Source: Amphiscolops sp. MND2022 (lineage: Eukaryota). From it: a DNA stretch of 60,000 bases. Numbering within the stretch: the first letter of the stretch is position 1; each line of letters starts with the position of its first letter. Below the pieces are notes generated by a model. It was given only the letters and a program-made list of their open reading frames with translations, searched no databases and was not told where the DNA came from. The DNA lies in assembly GCA_964187785.1 (NCBI GenBank), contig OZ076413.1, forward strand, positions 43,092,001 to 43,152,000. The letters run 5' to 3'. A program made the translations under genes and the position numbers. This document shows, in pieces, positions 39,001 to 51,288 of the stretch.

Positions 39001-42000
39001 CCAGAACATCAGGTCACGAGCCTATCTAGATGGGTTCGAGGCCGCCTCATTTGCTTCAAAAATGCTGGCCTGTCACAGCCTAGAGCTTGTGCTGGACCCG
39101 TGGAGCAGCGATAGAGGCAAATGACTCGACCATCTATTATTTTAAACTGGAGAAAACTCATCACTTCTTGAGACTTGTTTTGCATGAATTCATATATGAC
39201 TTTTATACACCAGCATCATTTAAATTTGTTTGTCTTTATAGTTAACTGTGCTCATAAATTAATACCCATTCATCAACAATTCACTAAATGTTACAAGGTA
39301 TTAACATATTTGATGTATAATACCGCTCAACATGATTTGTAGTGAAATGAATAAATTATACGTGATTTGTATGATGCATTAGTACGTATGGACTTCGACA
39401 TTTGAATTAATCCGCCGTACTAAGTTTGCAGCATATTGCAGTACAACATTGCATTTTTCAACTTTTCGATTATAACTTTTAGAGGTATGACTCATTACGT
39501 TGACTTAATCATACGTGCTACATTATGTTGAAATCAATATTTGCATTACATATGAGTCATACTACGTGTTGTCACATTCTTCTCATTTCTTCTCTTTTTA
39601 TCTTCACAATCTTTGTTTTCAACTTCAATAATTCAACGTTGTGCACATTTTCTTCAACCTCATTTCAACCCGATTTCACTTTGTTTCTCAAACTCAATTA
39701 AAATTCTTCTCTCCAACATTGCATTTTAATCTGGCCAAAATGGGAAACAAGAGAAATAGGAGATCTAGACGAGGACGATCACCCTCACTTGAGAGAGAGT
39801 TGAGTGCATCAGAAATAGAGACATCACAAGGTAATGAAACTGTTATTGAGACTTTAAGTAACTTTGAAAATGTTAGACCAGTTAGGGACGAAGAAATAGC
39901 CCTAGACAGCGGAACACAAAATGAAAATGAAATGCAAATTTGGACCCAAAGAATAACAGATAAAACGAACAAGGAAGTAACAAACTTAAGAAAAAAAATG
40001 GACGAAAAATTAGAGAAAATACTGAAAGAGATGAAAAATAACAGAAGAGCACAGTTCGTACCAGACAGAAGATATCGAGAACAAAACACTCCCAAAGCAG
40101 GAACTTCGAGGTACATAAGTAATGAAGACGGTGAAGAAAACGCATCTGAACCAGAAAATCAAGAATGTGAGACACAGGATAATCCTTTCAGGCCATCTAA
40201 TTTAAACGAACTAAGAACGCCGATGCAACCTTTGAGCACACAAAACATTGATCTAAATGACTCTGTGGTCGTAAATGAGGACCGCACACAAGAGGATTAT
40301 CACACTCACTTACTTGTAACTTCTTACTGCCACTTGGCATAGGTCTGGATTTTTTGCGGTCCGTCTGGATTTTTTTTGGTCCAAGAAGCTGGAATATTTG
40401 TTTTGGGATCTCGCACAAAACTAAACGTTTCTATGCTTACAAAACTAGATGGGTCTTTCTGGATTTGCAATTTTGAACGAAATTGTTACCAACCAAATTC
40501 CCTCCCTTGATTTTTAGCAGAATCCAAGCATTTTGCGAGCCTGAAGCACCACCTTAAATTTTTGGGCACAGTGCCATTTACTGAGAAATTAAAATTATCT
40601 GAAAAATTTCCAGAAGTTTTTTCTCCAAAAATTCTGGTTTGTTTAGGCTTTTTCTGTGAGTAAAATTTTTTTCCGAGTCCTAAGGATGACTTCTTTTATC
40701 ATTTTTCTGGTCCCGTGGAACAAATGAGAGTTTTCGCAAATGTTGTGGAAAAATGAGGAAATCTTTCTGGCACAGTGCGGCCTTTTCTTTTTTTTGTAAC
40801 AATTTTCCTTCCTTTTCATAAAAGTTTTTAGAATGAAAAGGCGTGTGGCGAGCTTAAACTTCCTTTTTCGGCGCATTGAGAAAATAATTTTCTGAAAAAA
40901 TTAAACTATGAAATCCACACACTAATTCCCCCCACACTAAACGCAAAAAATTTAATTAGAGAGGAGAAGAAAACTTTGCAAAAAAGGACACGAAATGCTG
41001 CTGTACATCAATGAGCAAACAAAACAATGCAGAAGGCGTTACAAATTTCGAGAATGTCGTCAAGATGTCGGAATTCGGACAAACAATTGGCTACAAGGAT
41101 CCAGACTTGCCATCGACAAATTGTCTTTGTTTATTTATTTCTGGTCGAAGAATAAAACAAGCATTGACTTCTGCAAAAAAAATTGGGTACGTCGCTTAGC
41201 AGTGTGGTTGATTTTTCAAATTATTTAAGCGAAACCTGTGCCGAAGAAATCTCGAAAAACAGCCGGAATATTGGCGGAGAAGGTCAAATTGTGAAGGTGG
41301 ACGAGTCGTTTTAAACCCGCAAGAAAAACCACGTTGGAAGCGTTCAACCATCAACTTGGTGTGTTGGTGGCATTTGCAGAGAAACAAAAAAGGTTTTCAA
41401 GACAGCCGTGCCTGATCGGTCTACACCAACGTTAATGGCTGCAATTGAAACTTACGTTGAGCCTGGAACCCTCTTATTGACCGATTGCTGGAAGGGTTAT
41501 TCAATTTTGGACGATACTGAGACGTTTTGGCACGAAACTGTTAATCTTCAATACAATTTCGTAGATCCGGTTACTGGAGCCCACACTCAAGGCATTGAAT
41601 GCCTTTGGCGCAAGGCAAAGAAAAAACAAACAGCAGTGCGGTACCCATAGAATTATGCTTGACAGCTATCTATGCGAATTTCTGTGGAGAAAAAATCACG
41701 AGATTGAGGACTTGTTCGAATGTATTTTAAACGCAATTGCAAACTTTTGTCCAATTGAATAATCATGAAACTTGTGAGTTGGATTTTGAACTGGCGCAGG
41801 TGTTTCGGTTCTGATATATTTCAAATTTCACCTTTATTTCAACACTCAAGTTACATTATTAATAATATTAATTATATAATTATCTTTTATTTATAAAGTA
41901 ACAATATTAAAGTATTCACTTTTCAAATAAACAAAGTCCCCTATAGGGAATCGAACTCATGCCTATAGAGTACGAGGCTCATGCCCTACCGCCTGTGGCA

Positions 42001-44965
42001 CTGATCCTGACAACGGGCTGAATTTAAAACCTATATAATCTTACAGTTCAACTGGGGGGAATTAATTGGTGGGGGGGGGGTTGGGGTGTTGGGAATTGAC
42101 AGAAAAAATCCACGTTTGTTAATCTCATGGATGCTGTAAATTTTCTCACAGTTGTATTTCTTTGCATTTTTGAAAAAACTTGATTGTATTTTTGAAATGA
42201 AGCTTTTTGTGCCCAAAGAGATTTTTTTCAGTCTGTGGTATTGATATTTATTCTAAAACACTTCCTCAAAGCTTTGAAGTACTTTCCACATCAGTCGGAC
42301 GCCACCTACATACAAAATGAAGGGATTTTCTCAAGGGTTCCAGTCTCTGGACAGCGTGTTCCAAAAAGTGTTTTCAAAAACGCGTTCACTTTTGACAATA
42401 CATGATTGAAAATTCCGATTAAATTGATTATAAGATTCTGTCCATGCCTTACGGAAAACCCCTACTCCCGGATTCCAAGACATTTCTTTCAAGAGTTGTT
42501 ACTTCATAAAAAATGGAACCCTATTTTTTTCTATTCTCTAATCCTTTTTTTACAATATGATCCAAATCTTTAGAGCATGCACAAATCAAAATTTTATGAA
42601 TAAAATGACCTAATTCGAATTAATTCAAATTAGGCCATTTTATTCATGTCAAGTGACATTTTCCATTTTCACAGCTTTTAATCCATATAGAATTTATCCA
42701 ATCAGTATTTCTAGAAATGGCTGGGAGAGAACGAAGATGTACGTCGCTTGATCCTCGGAGTGGGCCAAGCATCTGTGGCAGAACTTGGTTTGATTGCTAA
42801 AAGAAGCCTCCCACCGAGTGAACCATCAAACAAAATAATCGCTTTTCTGAGAATCTCACTTCCGTATATGGCACTAGGAGCGGGCGTAGTCAATATTTTA
42901 ACTGCCGTTTGTCTTCGCTATTGTCTTTGTTTATTTATTTCTGGTCGAAGAATAAAACAAGCATTGACTTCTGCAAAAAAATTGGGTACGTCGCTTAGCA
43001 GTGTGGTTGATTTTTCAAATTATTTAAGCGAAACCTGTGCCGAAGAAATCTCGAAAAACAGCCGGAATATTGGCGGAGAAGGTCAAATTGTGAAGGTGGA
43101 CGAGTCGTTTTAAACCCGCAAGAAAAACCACGTTGGAAGCGTTCAACCATCAACTTGGTGTGTTGGTGGCATTTGCAGAGAAACAAAAAAGGTTTTCAAG
43201 ACAGCCGTGCCTGATCGGTCTACACCAACGTTAATGGCTGCAATTGAAACTTACGTTGAGCCTGGAACCCTCTTATTGACCGATTGCTGGAAGGGTTATT
43301 TAATTTTGGACGATACTGAGACGTTTTGGCACGAAACTGTTAATCATCAATACAATTTCGTAGATCCGGTTACTGGAGCCCACACTCAAGGCATTGAATG
43401 CCTTTGGCGCAAGGCAAAGAAAAAACAAACAGCAGTGCGGTACCCATAGAATTATGCTTGACAGCTATCTATGCGAATTTCTGTGGAGAAAAAATCACGA
43501 GATTGAGGACTTGTTCGAATGTATTTTAAACGCAATTGCAAACTTTTGTCCAATTGAATAATCATGAAACTTGTGAGTTGGATTTTGAACTGGCGCAGGT
43601 GTTTCGGTTCTGATATATTTCAAATTTCACCTTTATTTCAACACTCAAGTTACATTATTAATAATATTAATTATATAATTATCTTTTATTTATAAAGTAA
43701 CAATATTAAAGTATTCACTTTTCAAATAAACAAAGTCCCCTATAGGGAATCGAACTCATGCCTATAGAGTACGAGGCTCATGCCCTACCGCCTGTGGCAC
43801 TGATCCTGACAACAGGCTGAATTTAAAACCTATATAATCTTACAGTTCAACTGGGGGGAATTAATTGGTGGGGGGGGGTTGGGGTGTTGGGAATTGACAG
43901 AAAAAATCCACGTTTGTTAATCTCATGGATGCTGTAAATTTTCTCACAGTTGTATTTCTTTGCATTTTTGAAAAAACTTGATTGTATTTTTGAAATGAAG
44001 CTTTTTGTGCCCAAAGAGATTTTTTTCAGTCTGTGGTATTGATATTTATTCTAAAACACTTCCTCAAAGCTTTGAAGTACTTTCCACATCAGTCGGACGC
44101 CACCTACATACAAAATGAAGGGATTTTCTCAAGGGTTCCAGTCTCTGGACAGCGTGTTCCAAAAAGTGTTTTCAAAAACGCGTTCACTTTTGACAATACA
44201 TGATTGAAAATTCCGATTAAATTGATTATAAGATTCTGTCCATGCCTTACGGAAAACCCCTACTCCCGGATTCCAAGACATTTCTTTCAAGAGTTGTTAC
44301 TTCATAAAAAATGGAACCCTATTTTTTTCTATTCTCTAATCCTTTTTTTACAATATGATCCAAATCTTTAGAGCATGCACAAATCAAAATTTTATGAATA
44401 AAATGACCTAATTCGAATTAATTCAAATTAGGCCATTTTATTCATGTCAAGTGACATTTTCCATTTTCACAGCTTTTAATCCATATAGAATTTATCCAAT
44501 CAGTATTTCTAGAAATGGCTGGGAGAGAACGAAGATGTACGTCGCTTGATCCTCGGAGTGGGCCAAGCATCTGTGGCAGAACTTGGTTTGATTGCTAAAA
44601 GAAGCCTCCCACCGAGTGAACCATCAAACAAAATAATCGCTTTTCTGAGAATCTCACTTCCGTATATGGCACTAGGAGCGGGCGTAGTCAATATTTTAAC
44701 TGCCGTTTGTCTTCGCTATTCCAAAAAAGGAGAAAAAGTTGATTCCAAAATAGGAAACACGATAATGGAAACTTTGAGAAGCGTGTCTCCAAGAAGCAAG
44801 AGTGAAGAAAAGGAAGAGAAAGATTGTCCGACTGAGAAAATGATGGATACGATTGGCTGCTCGAACCCGAGTTTCTTGCGCGTTCTCGGACGGTCTGCTG
44901 ACGTCATCTTCGTTGGAGCTGGAATCATCTCACTCGGATTCTTGTGTTTGAGGAGTCGGCAATGA
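24005..44965 (+). CDS. Probable host gene, small membrane protein (~203 aa); coding exons 24005-24163 and 44513-44965
   Basis: Strong donor CAG|GTAAGT at 24163/24164 and acceptor TTTCTAG| at 44512, both phase 0 (..FNEKVQ|KWLGENEDVRR..); hydrophobic segments ISLPYMALGAGVVNILTAVCL and VIFVGAGIISLGFLCL; AATAAA near 45100. The exon join is inferred. Confidence 0.55.
24949..26459 (+). repeat. 5' LTR of element C (1511 bp)
   Basis: Direct repeat of 39071-40304; contains the gag start at 25895. Confidence 0.95.
26460..26471 (+). other. Primer-binding site of element C (TGGTGACAGGAG)
   Basis: Abuts the LTR CA end; same 12-mer as in B. Confidence 0.85.
27556..27562 (+). other. -1 frameshift slippery site T TTA AAC (element C)
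   Basis: Directly before the gag stop; the -1 frame is open into the 27703 pol ORF. Confidence 0.8.
27562..32448 (+). pseudogene. pol: Element C pol polyprotein (PR, RT, RNase H, integrase) with frameshifts
   Basis: LIDTGA protease; QYVDDI; MSDAS/TDNR/ADFLSR; integrase HGHNANH..CQMC, MDIL, TDMG, LERTH; frameshifts near 30550 and 30810. Confidence 0.95.
32595..36920 (-). pseudogene. Element C antisense spliced gene (~1145 aa), homologue of the B antisense gene, two lesions
   Basis: Exons 36920-36812, 36605-35209, 35138-34655, 34230-34096, 33908-32595 with GT..AG introns in compatible phases; YRCRVCMVELSVKTKGPLEMLRHYRTDAY zinc finger; frameshift near 34820 and TAG near 33841. Confidence 0.82.
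36921..37975. promoter_or_regulatory. Putative bidirectional internal promoter of element C
   Basis: Between divergent ORFs; clustered ATTGG/CCAAT at about 37176, 37198, 37219 and TATATA near 37111. Confidence 0.45.
37976..39124 (+). pseudogene. Element C 3' sense ORF (~382 codons, one in-frame stop), ends inside the 3' LTR
   Basis: ORFs 37976-38746 and 38837-39124 are in one frame separated only by TAA at 38744-38746; acidic then N/Q/P-rich; CHWC near the C-terminus. Confidence 0.6.
39071..40304 (+). repeat. 3' LTR of element C (1234 bp, internal ~277 bp deletion)
   Basis: Matches the 5' LTR except for loss of about 25467-25744. Confidence 0.95.
40995..41762 (+). pseudogene. Decayed Merlin / ISXO2-like (IS1595-family) DDE transposase
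   Basis: IVKVDESF, VPDRSTPTL, LLTDCWKGY, HETVN..NFVDPVTGAHTQGIECLW, SYLCEFLWR; frameshifted; TIR-like end at about 42066-42111. Confidence 0.88.
41935..42006 (-). other. tRNA-derived fragment (pseudo-tRNA / SINE head); second copy ~43734-43805
   Basis: Minus strand has an A-box-like TGCCACAGGCGGTAGGGCA and B-box GAGTTCGATTCCC at tRNA spacing; stems poorly paired. Confidence 0.45.
42921..43561 (+). pseudogene. Second, 5'-truncated copy of the Merlin transposase
   Basis: Part of the tandem duplication; same motifs. Confidence 0.85.
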
Positions 44966-45639
44966 GGATTGAACTGAACAACCAATTAGACTCATCGAAT
45001 ATTTTTTGCTTCATATTATAACTAGGAAACGAAACTACAAATGTCAAAAAGGCAGCTTTTAAGCAAAAAACGGTTGTTTTCAGGTGGTAAAGAAGGACGA
45101 ATAAACGAAAAAGACACAAAATACTGTATTTAGTGTAAAATTTATTGAAAAATTTTCCATGTTTCTGAAAAGTTCCCAAAAAATTATGTAACAATTTTAA
45201 ATGGCACAAAAATGAACAAACGCATAAAAATCGAATCACGTGCCATCTAATATTCACTTTCCTAGTTATAATTATTCTTTTGAAGTTAACAAATTATTCT
45301 ACATTCATTAGTTAAAATGAGGGTGAACCTTAATAACAAAAAACTCAAGTCAACAAATTAGCTTTCTTTTTTCTATATGCAACAAGGCTCAACTCTACTG
45401 GAACACCGAGAAAAAATCTTGTTGGGTCGAAATAGTTTCAAAGTGGCCGTTAGTGATGACAATACTCGAGTGTCTGAAAAGTACAGATTTTTCAAAATCA
45501 CAATATAAGATCAACTCACAATCCACATTAACAACTTACACTGTAAGAAAGGCTTGATCAATTTATTCTGAAAAACACAGGAAAGTGTTGTCACCAAAAA
45601 TACTCAAAACGGACAGCTTAAAATGTTGGTTTCAGGCAA

Positions 45640-46376
45640 CCCTGGTTGAAAATAAATACAATTCTTGCAAGATTCTTGCAAGATCTTGACAAAAAATACA
45701 AATCTTGCAGGATTCTGGCTGAAAAAAAAACATTTCTTGCAAGAACGTGACAGAAAAAATATTTTATTCTTGCGAGATATATTTTTTGTCAGGCTCTTGC
45801 AAGAAATACATCAAACCAAGAGCAAACTTTTTGTCAAAAAATCCACTAAAAATGACCAACACGGGCACCGGAGAGTTTCTTGCTCATTTTTGCTTCTAGA
45901 GAGAGACAAACACAGACACAATCACTGGTGAAAGTTTCCTTTCTTAGATAAATAACGCTTTGTAAGCAAAAGAACCCAGAAGTTACACTTTTTAAATTTT
46001 GATACAGTCGACCTTTCCAGGGAAAAAAGCACGGCTCTTGCAGTTGCTAGTTTTTTTCCACCATTTCTTTTTGATCGGTGCACTAAAAAACGAATAAAAA
46101 ATCAATGAAAGTGACAAAACTCGGTGTTAAGTGAAAATTGTAAGTCACCGGCACCAAAATTCCAAAAACGTACCAACGGACCATTCGAACAAATTGCCAT
46201 ACGGTTGTCTTTCTGTCAAGCTAGAACTTCAAAGGTACGATGCTGAAGCATGCTACAAGGACTTTTTGGATCATGCTGAACACAAGAATCTAGAAATTGC
46301 ATATTTTGCAAAATCTTGCCAGAGAAATGTTTGCCTTGCACGAATCCTGCAAGATTTGTAATTTTTTCAACTACGG
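45640..46376. mobile_element. MITE with ~30 bp TIRs and internal TCTTGCAAGA repeats
   Basis: CCCTGGTTGAAAATAAATACAATTCTTGCAAG versus reverse complement of the right end CCGTAGTTGAAAAAATTACAAATCTTGCAGG; AA on both flanks (possible 2-bp TSD, CMC/EnSpm-like). Confidence 0.65.
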
Positions 46377-47203
46377 AAGAAACGCAAACTCTTGAAGTTT
46401 TTAGGCCTTCAGCCTTAGGTAAAAAAATAGCCATTGACTGCAGTGCAGCTCCGAATGAGGTTACTTTGATGATTGAGGTAAATTCTCACTATATTAGCAG
46501 GTAAAATACCTGTAGAGGAAGAATAATTTTTAGATTCAGTTGTAAAAAAAATATAATTCTCATAGAAAATAATTGTAGTTTTGAAGAATCAAAACGAGAA
46601 AGCACATTGGAGCTTCATTTGAAATCATTAAAGGAAAGCATCATTGAATCGAGAAAAACGTTAAAATTGAGTGATTGTGGTTGTTTGCAGTTTTGAGGTA
46701 TAAATAGGCTTTTTGACTCAGGAATACAGACCAAGTTCATCAAGTGTCTGCATTAGGTAATCACGTCATGCCATTTCTCTACCTGATTCCCAATTGCTTG
46801 CTGCTGCCGGGAAACGGGGCTATTTAACCGGAGCAACCTCAGGGAAATTTTATCCCAGATTCTACCAGAAGTTTAGCAAAAGTTATCGTTGCTCAAGGCA
46901 TTATCTGGCCTAGTTTACTCGCGTTGGTCTTTGTATAAAATGTTTACACAAAGTATATTTCAAGATATCTTTTTTGAAGCCACGTACTTTTCGTGCGAAC
47001 AGGGCCCGGTCCTATATTTTATTTCCCTTGCACTTCGTTTTTGATTCCACTTTAGGAGTTGAATTGATAAAACAGTGTTGATTGAATGAAACTTTCCAAA
47101 TTTTAAATGAGAGACACACATGTTGAAAAGTCCAACGTCAACAATGAAGTAATAGTCTAATTTTGCGCAGAATCGGTTCCACTGTTCGTCTTCACGTTGC
47201 AAA

Positions 47204-49485
47204 TGACGCGACCCGCTCCCGGTCAATTTCACTTGCTGCTCCGGTATCCCAACATTCGCCCGAGGCAGAGGACACGGATACATTAAGTGTGTTTAAACTA
47301 CTCTAAACTAACTAAACCAATAACCAACTCTACTTACAGTATAGTTAAGTGTTTGAGGAATGATCTCTCCGAACAACAAATCTAAACGTATACGTTACGG
47401 AATGTTCTCGGAAAATAGTTTCAAACCAGCTAAAACTTCCAGTCCGGCTATTTTACGCGTGATTATTCTACTTCCGGTTTCGACTTATAAAATTCCCACT
47501 GATCTAAATAGCAAAACATGAACAAAATTTTGAAAGGAAATCTTTTTTTCTTTGACAACTTGAAAAGGAACATTGAAAATGATATCTAATCCGCAATCCC
47601 AACGGAAATCATGCAATCTAATACGAAAAGAACACATAAAATAGTATAGTGAAGTGTTTTCCAGTGCCAAAAATATTTTTAGTATTCACTTATATTACAG
47701 CCAAGTAATTCACGCAAACAATTACAACGTTATGGCAGCGTCACTCAAATAAGCTAGTAACTGGTTGTTTCTATTTTTACAGACCAATAGCGTCGTCCCT
47801 TGACCAAGATATTTGAGCTCAGTCTAATAATAACGTCGCCTTTGCAGCGCCGCTCTGTCGAGAGAATGAGAATGAACGTCTACGCTCTCCGCTGTATCTC
47901 CGCCAGCCTCCATTTCAACTATATCTAATAATAATACGTACGGAGCACTTACGGAGCGAATCGTAAAATTGTAAAGTTATACCTAATCCTAATACGTACG
48001 GAGCGCTTACGGAGCGGATTATTGTACAATGATGAATGATAAATTAAGCCCGATGCTAATTCTGAGAATGATTTCACAAGAAAACAACGAACTTTGGGAA
48101 TAAGATCCATTATAACAAAAGGTGTACTGAAAGGGAGACTATGATGGAAGCATCCTTGAACTGTGTTGTATTTTAAAGTGCGTCTTTGATGATATTTACA
48201 AGGGTTCCGTTTACCTTACGTTGCAAATAATCTGTTTTAGGAAAAGTTGTAATCAGAATTTTTATCATTTGCATAGCTTATGACGTAATTGTTGACCGAA
48301 GTCGCAACGTAAGATCTATATTTTTCCATGGTGTAATTCCCTGAGCCGGGATATCTATTCTTACTATGCAACTAATCATAATCCTGCAATGCTATTATTG
48401 CTGGATTTATTTTGTCATTTGAGTTTGTATCACCTCAAAATAACGGATTGTTTCCACTAATGTGTAGTTATGTTGTTGCTTTATGTATAAAGTTGTACAA
48501 TTTGGTATTGTTTTGAAAACTGTATCTTAATGAATGCAATAGTGTTTTGTGTCATCAACAATAGTTGGAATACGTTATTCCAGCATCAATTGTTCCCATC
48601 AATATCTAAATATTTCCATTCTTGAAATTCTTTGCTCCGTTTTAATTCCGTTGCCATTTTTGAGAGTCATACTTTTACTTCGAATCTCATCTTCCCAAAT
48701 TGGAAATTGACTAATTGATCACGCCGGCGTGTTTACGCTGATAGAATTGTCAACTAGACTCTTATTGCCCCTATTTCGAGTTGAAACAGGAAACGGACAT
48801 TACTGAACAAAAATGAATTTAACAGAAATTACGGGATGATGACAAGACTAGGAAATTTGAAACCTGATTTTATGATGTGGGACTAAAATGTTTTGAATCA
48901 ATAGGGATTCTTTGTGAACAAACCGGTTTTTAAGATACCTAGGAACTTTCAGGTGAGGAACAAATGATGCTATGAAACTATATTTGTGGAGGAAACGCAA
49001 AGTTTGCGTTACTCTCTCTACTATTTTAAACTAAATTTTGTTGTAAAAACGCAAAACTCTCCGAAGAATTTAAACATTTCCGAAGACTCCAAATTTCACC
49101 TGTGAAAAATGACTACAAGAGGCCAGAAAAGGACAACCACAACCGAGGTAGCATCGGGAGAGTTTGAGGTTTATCCAGCTGAGCCTCATCAAGTAGAGAA
49201 CTGCGTAGCTAGTATGAGTAAATCTCCTAGGATTCAAACCGAAAATCTTGACGAGATAAAAACGTGCCTGAGAAAAGAAAAAATGGCTGATCTCACTAAA
49301 ATACTAGCCGAAAACCAGAAACAAATGATAGAACTGATAACTCCGACAGTGCGAAAAACCAACGTTGTTCAAAACTTAAGACAACTCTGACTCTGAAACT
49401 GAGAACATTCTGCCGAATACTACTTCAACCCCAATAAAAACTAAAGCAACTACCTCTAAAAACGCTCCGATAAATTGTCGTAACA
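47204..49485 (+). mobile_element. Solo LTR of a diverged B-related subfamily (2282 bp)
   Basis: Starts TGACGCGACCCGCTCCCGGTC and ends GTCGTAACA like the B LTR; TSD GCAAA/GCAAG; carries Gag N-terminus MTTRGQKR..ENLDEIKTCLRKE..DLTKILAENQK at 49109. Confidence 0.9.
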
Positions 49486-51288
49486 GCAAGACACACGTCA
49501 GTTGTCGCGGGCGCCAAATGGCGTATAGGGACAAATGAACAGATATTTCAGCATTTTTGATAGATACTCCAGCTCCTACATCTCAGGATCGAGACCAAAG
49601 ACGGTGTCTGTGGTTAAGTGAATTGTATAAGTGTTCCATAGGCTACATTTTAGCCTAAAAGTTACGTCAACAATTTTTCATTCTGTGTTTTTGGGAAAAA
49701 AAAGATGAACTTTTTCACAAATTAGTAACTGATACTTCAGACGTGACTATTGATACGGAAACCATTCTTCCTTAGAAAAGACGGCAAGGACGTAGGTTTT
49801 TTTAGTTCTTTCATCAAAAGTTCGTGATCTGAGGGTAGATCGAAAGTTTAATTGGTTTTGGGCCCTGGAATATACATATATCGTAGAACCGTCTGTATAC
49901 CTTAGGACGTTTCTGTTCGAAGACAAGCGCGACATGCCCTCATGCCTTTTTTCGCAAAGAGTTCATGTCTCACTCCAGGATTGAACACACTCTTGTTCTT
50001 CCGATTATTTATAACCCTATCAGACTCGAGTTCCATGCCAAAAAGTGTTTTTAGACAGCGCTTTTAAGGTTTGACTATTACAGTGATTAGTTTTTTTTCA
50101 GCTTCACTCTGAATGGTCCACTTTTTGTGCACTGTGTGCACTTTTACCATAAGTATTTAACACTTGATTTTGAACGCATGGAAAGTCTTTAACATGAAAT
50201 ACAGATTCATTCCAGAGCCGAAGGGTGCCCTTTTCTTCTGTTTTCGGCACAATGAGTCTTCCCCTTTTTCGGCTTTGTGAAACTTTTTTAACGAAAATTT
50301 TTCAATGTCTTCAAATGTTTCCCCTTTCAATTTTTCCGTTATTTTGCACGAATGGATGTTAAAAAATCCCAAAAGATCCCCCCTTTCACATTTTAAAATT
50401 TTTTCAACAAAATGGATGTTGAAGAATTCCAAAGGGTCCCCCTTTTAGATTTTTTGACATTATGAGACTGTTCAAAGTTCTGATTTGTCTGATATTGTGT
50501 TTTCTCAATTTATATCTACCAATAAGATTTTTGAAGACTATCCGAACTTTTTTGACTTTATATCCGAACAATATTGAGTTTTACTGAAGAGGAGGCAGAG
50601 GTTCAAAAACAAGCGCTCAAAGAGTCATTCAAAAAAACGTCTTGAGTAAATTTTAAAAACTTTGTGCTTTTTAAGCTTTATAGCGCCGACATGAGACGTT
50701 CCCATTTTGTTTGAATAAATAGTTTCTATGATTAACGTTGTTTTGAATACCTCAAAACCAAGGAGTTACCATTTTAACCTTGTTCCCGAATTGTAATCAG
50801 TCTTGCAAAGACGAAAACTATGCGCATAAGTACGTGAGGTGGTTTTCAAAACAGTGGACGCTCTCTCATTTTAAATTTTCTTGAACTTTTCTTCCTTTAG
50901 TTTTTGAGGCTGGATGGTGTCTCATTTTCCCCAATGGCGTTTTAGCTGAACATACGGATATAAATCGCAGTGACATTGCGCCTGTTAAAGATTTCTAGGT
51001 CGGCATTCCAGGATTCGATGAGAACTATTCATGAAAATATTCATCACAAGAGAATGTCAAATGTTTATCAATACAGTGTGCGACGCTGAAAATTTGCAAA
51101 ACGACATTCAAAATTCCCGAACCAATCAGATGAAAGATTAGATTTTCTGAATAGACATTCAGAATTGCCATATCGACTTTCAATTTTAGTAATCCCTCAG
51201 CAATCCACTGCTCGCATACCGCTGGTAATTAAGATTGAAAGTTTGCTCCGCTATGCGAAGCAGCGTTTTCAGTCTTTCTACTTCTCTA

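Larger units (their letters stand above)
24949..40304 (+). mobile_element. Element C: full-length 15.4 kb Ty3/Gypsy LTR retrotransposon, same architecture as B
   Basis: LTRs 24949-26459 and 39071-40304 (TGTCAC...ATCACA), TSD CTTAC/CTCAC (one mismatch), PBS, gag, pol clearly similar to B (e.g. KLDCSQAYHCLQMAD, DQCAQYVDDIGIAANT). Confidence 0.96.
41121..44718 (+). repeat. Recent tandem duplication, two ~1.8 kb units (41121-42920, 42921-44718)
   Basis: Units differ at only a handful of bases; ATT microhomology at the junction. Confidence 0.95.

Noticed and set aside
41935..42006. Functional tRNA gene
   Set aside because: Acceptor and anticodon stems do not pair properly.
49490..50715. Possible dispersed repeat / non-autonomous element
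   Set aside because: Repeat-like texture (AAAGGGTCCCCCTTT-type motifs) but no termini or TSD I could support.
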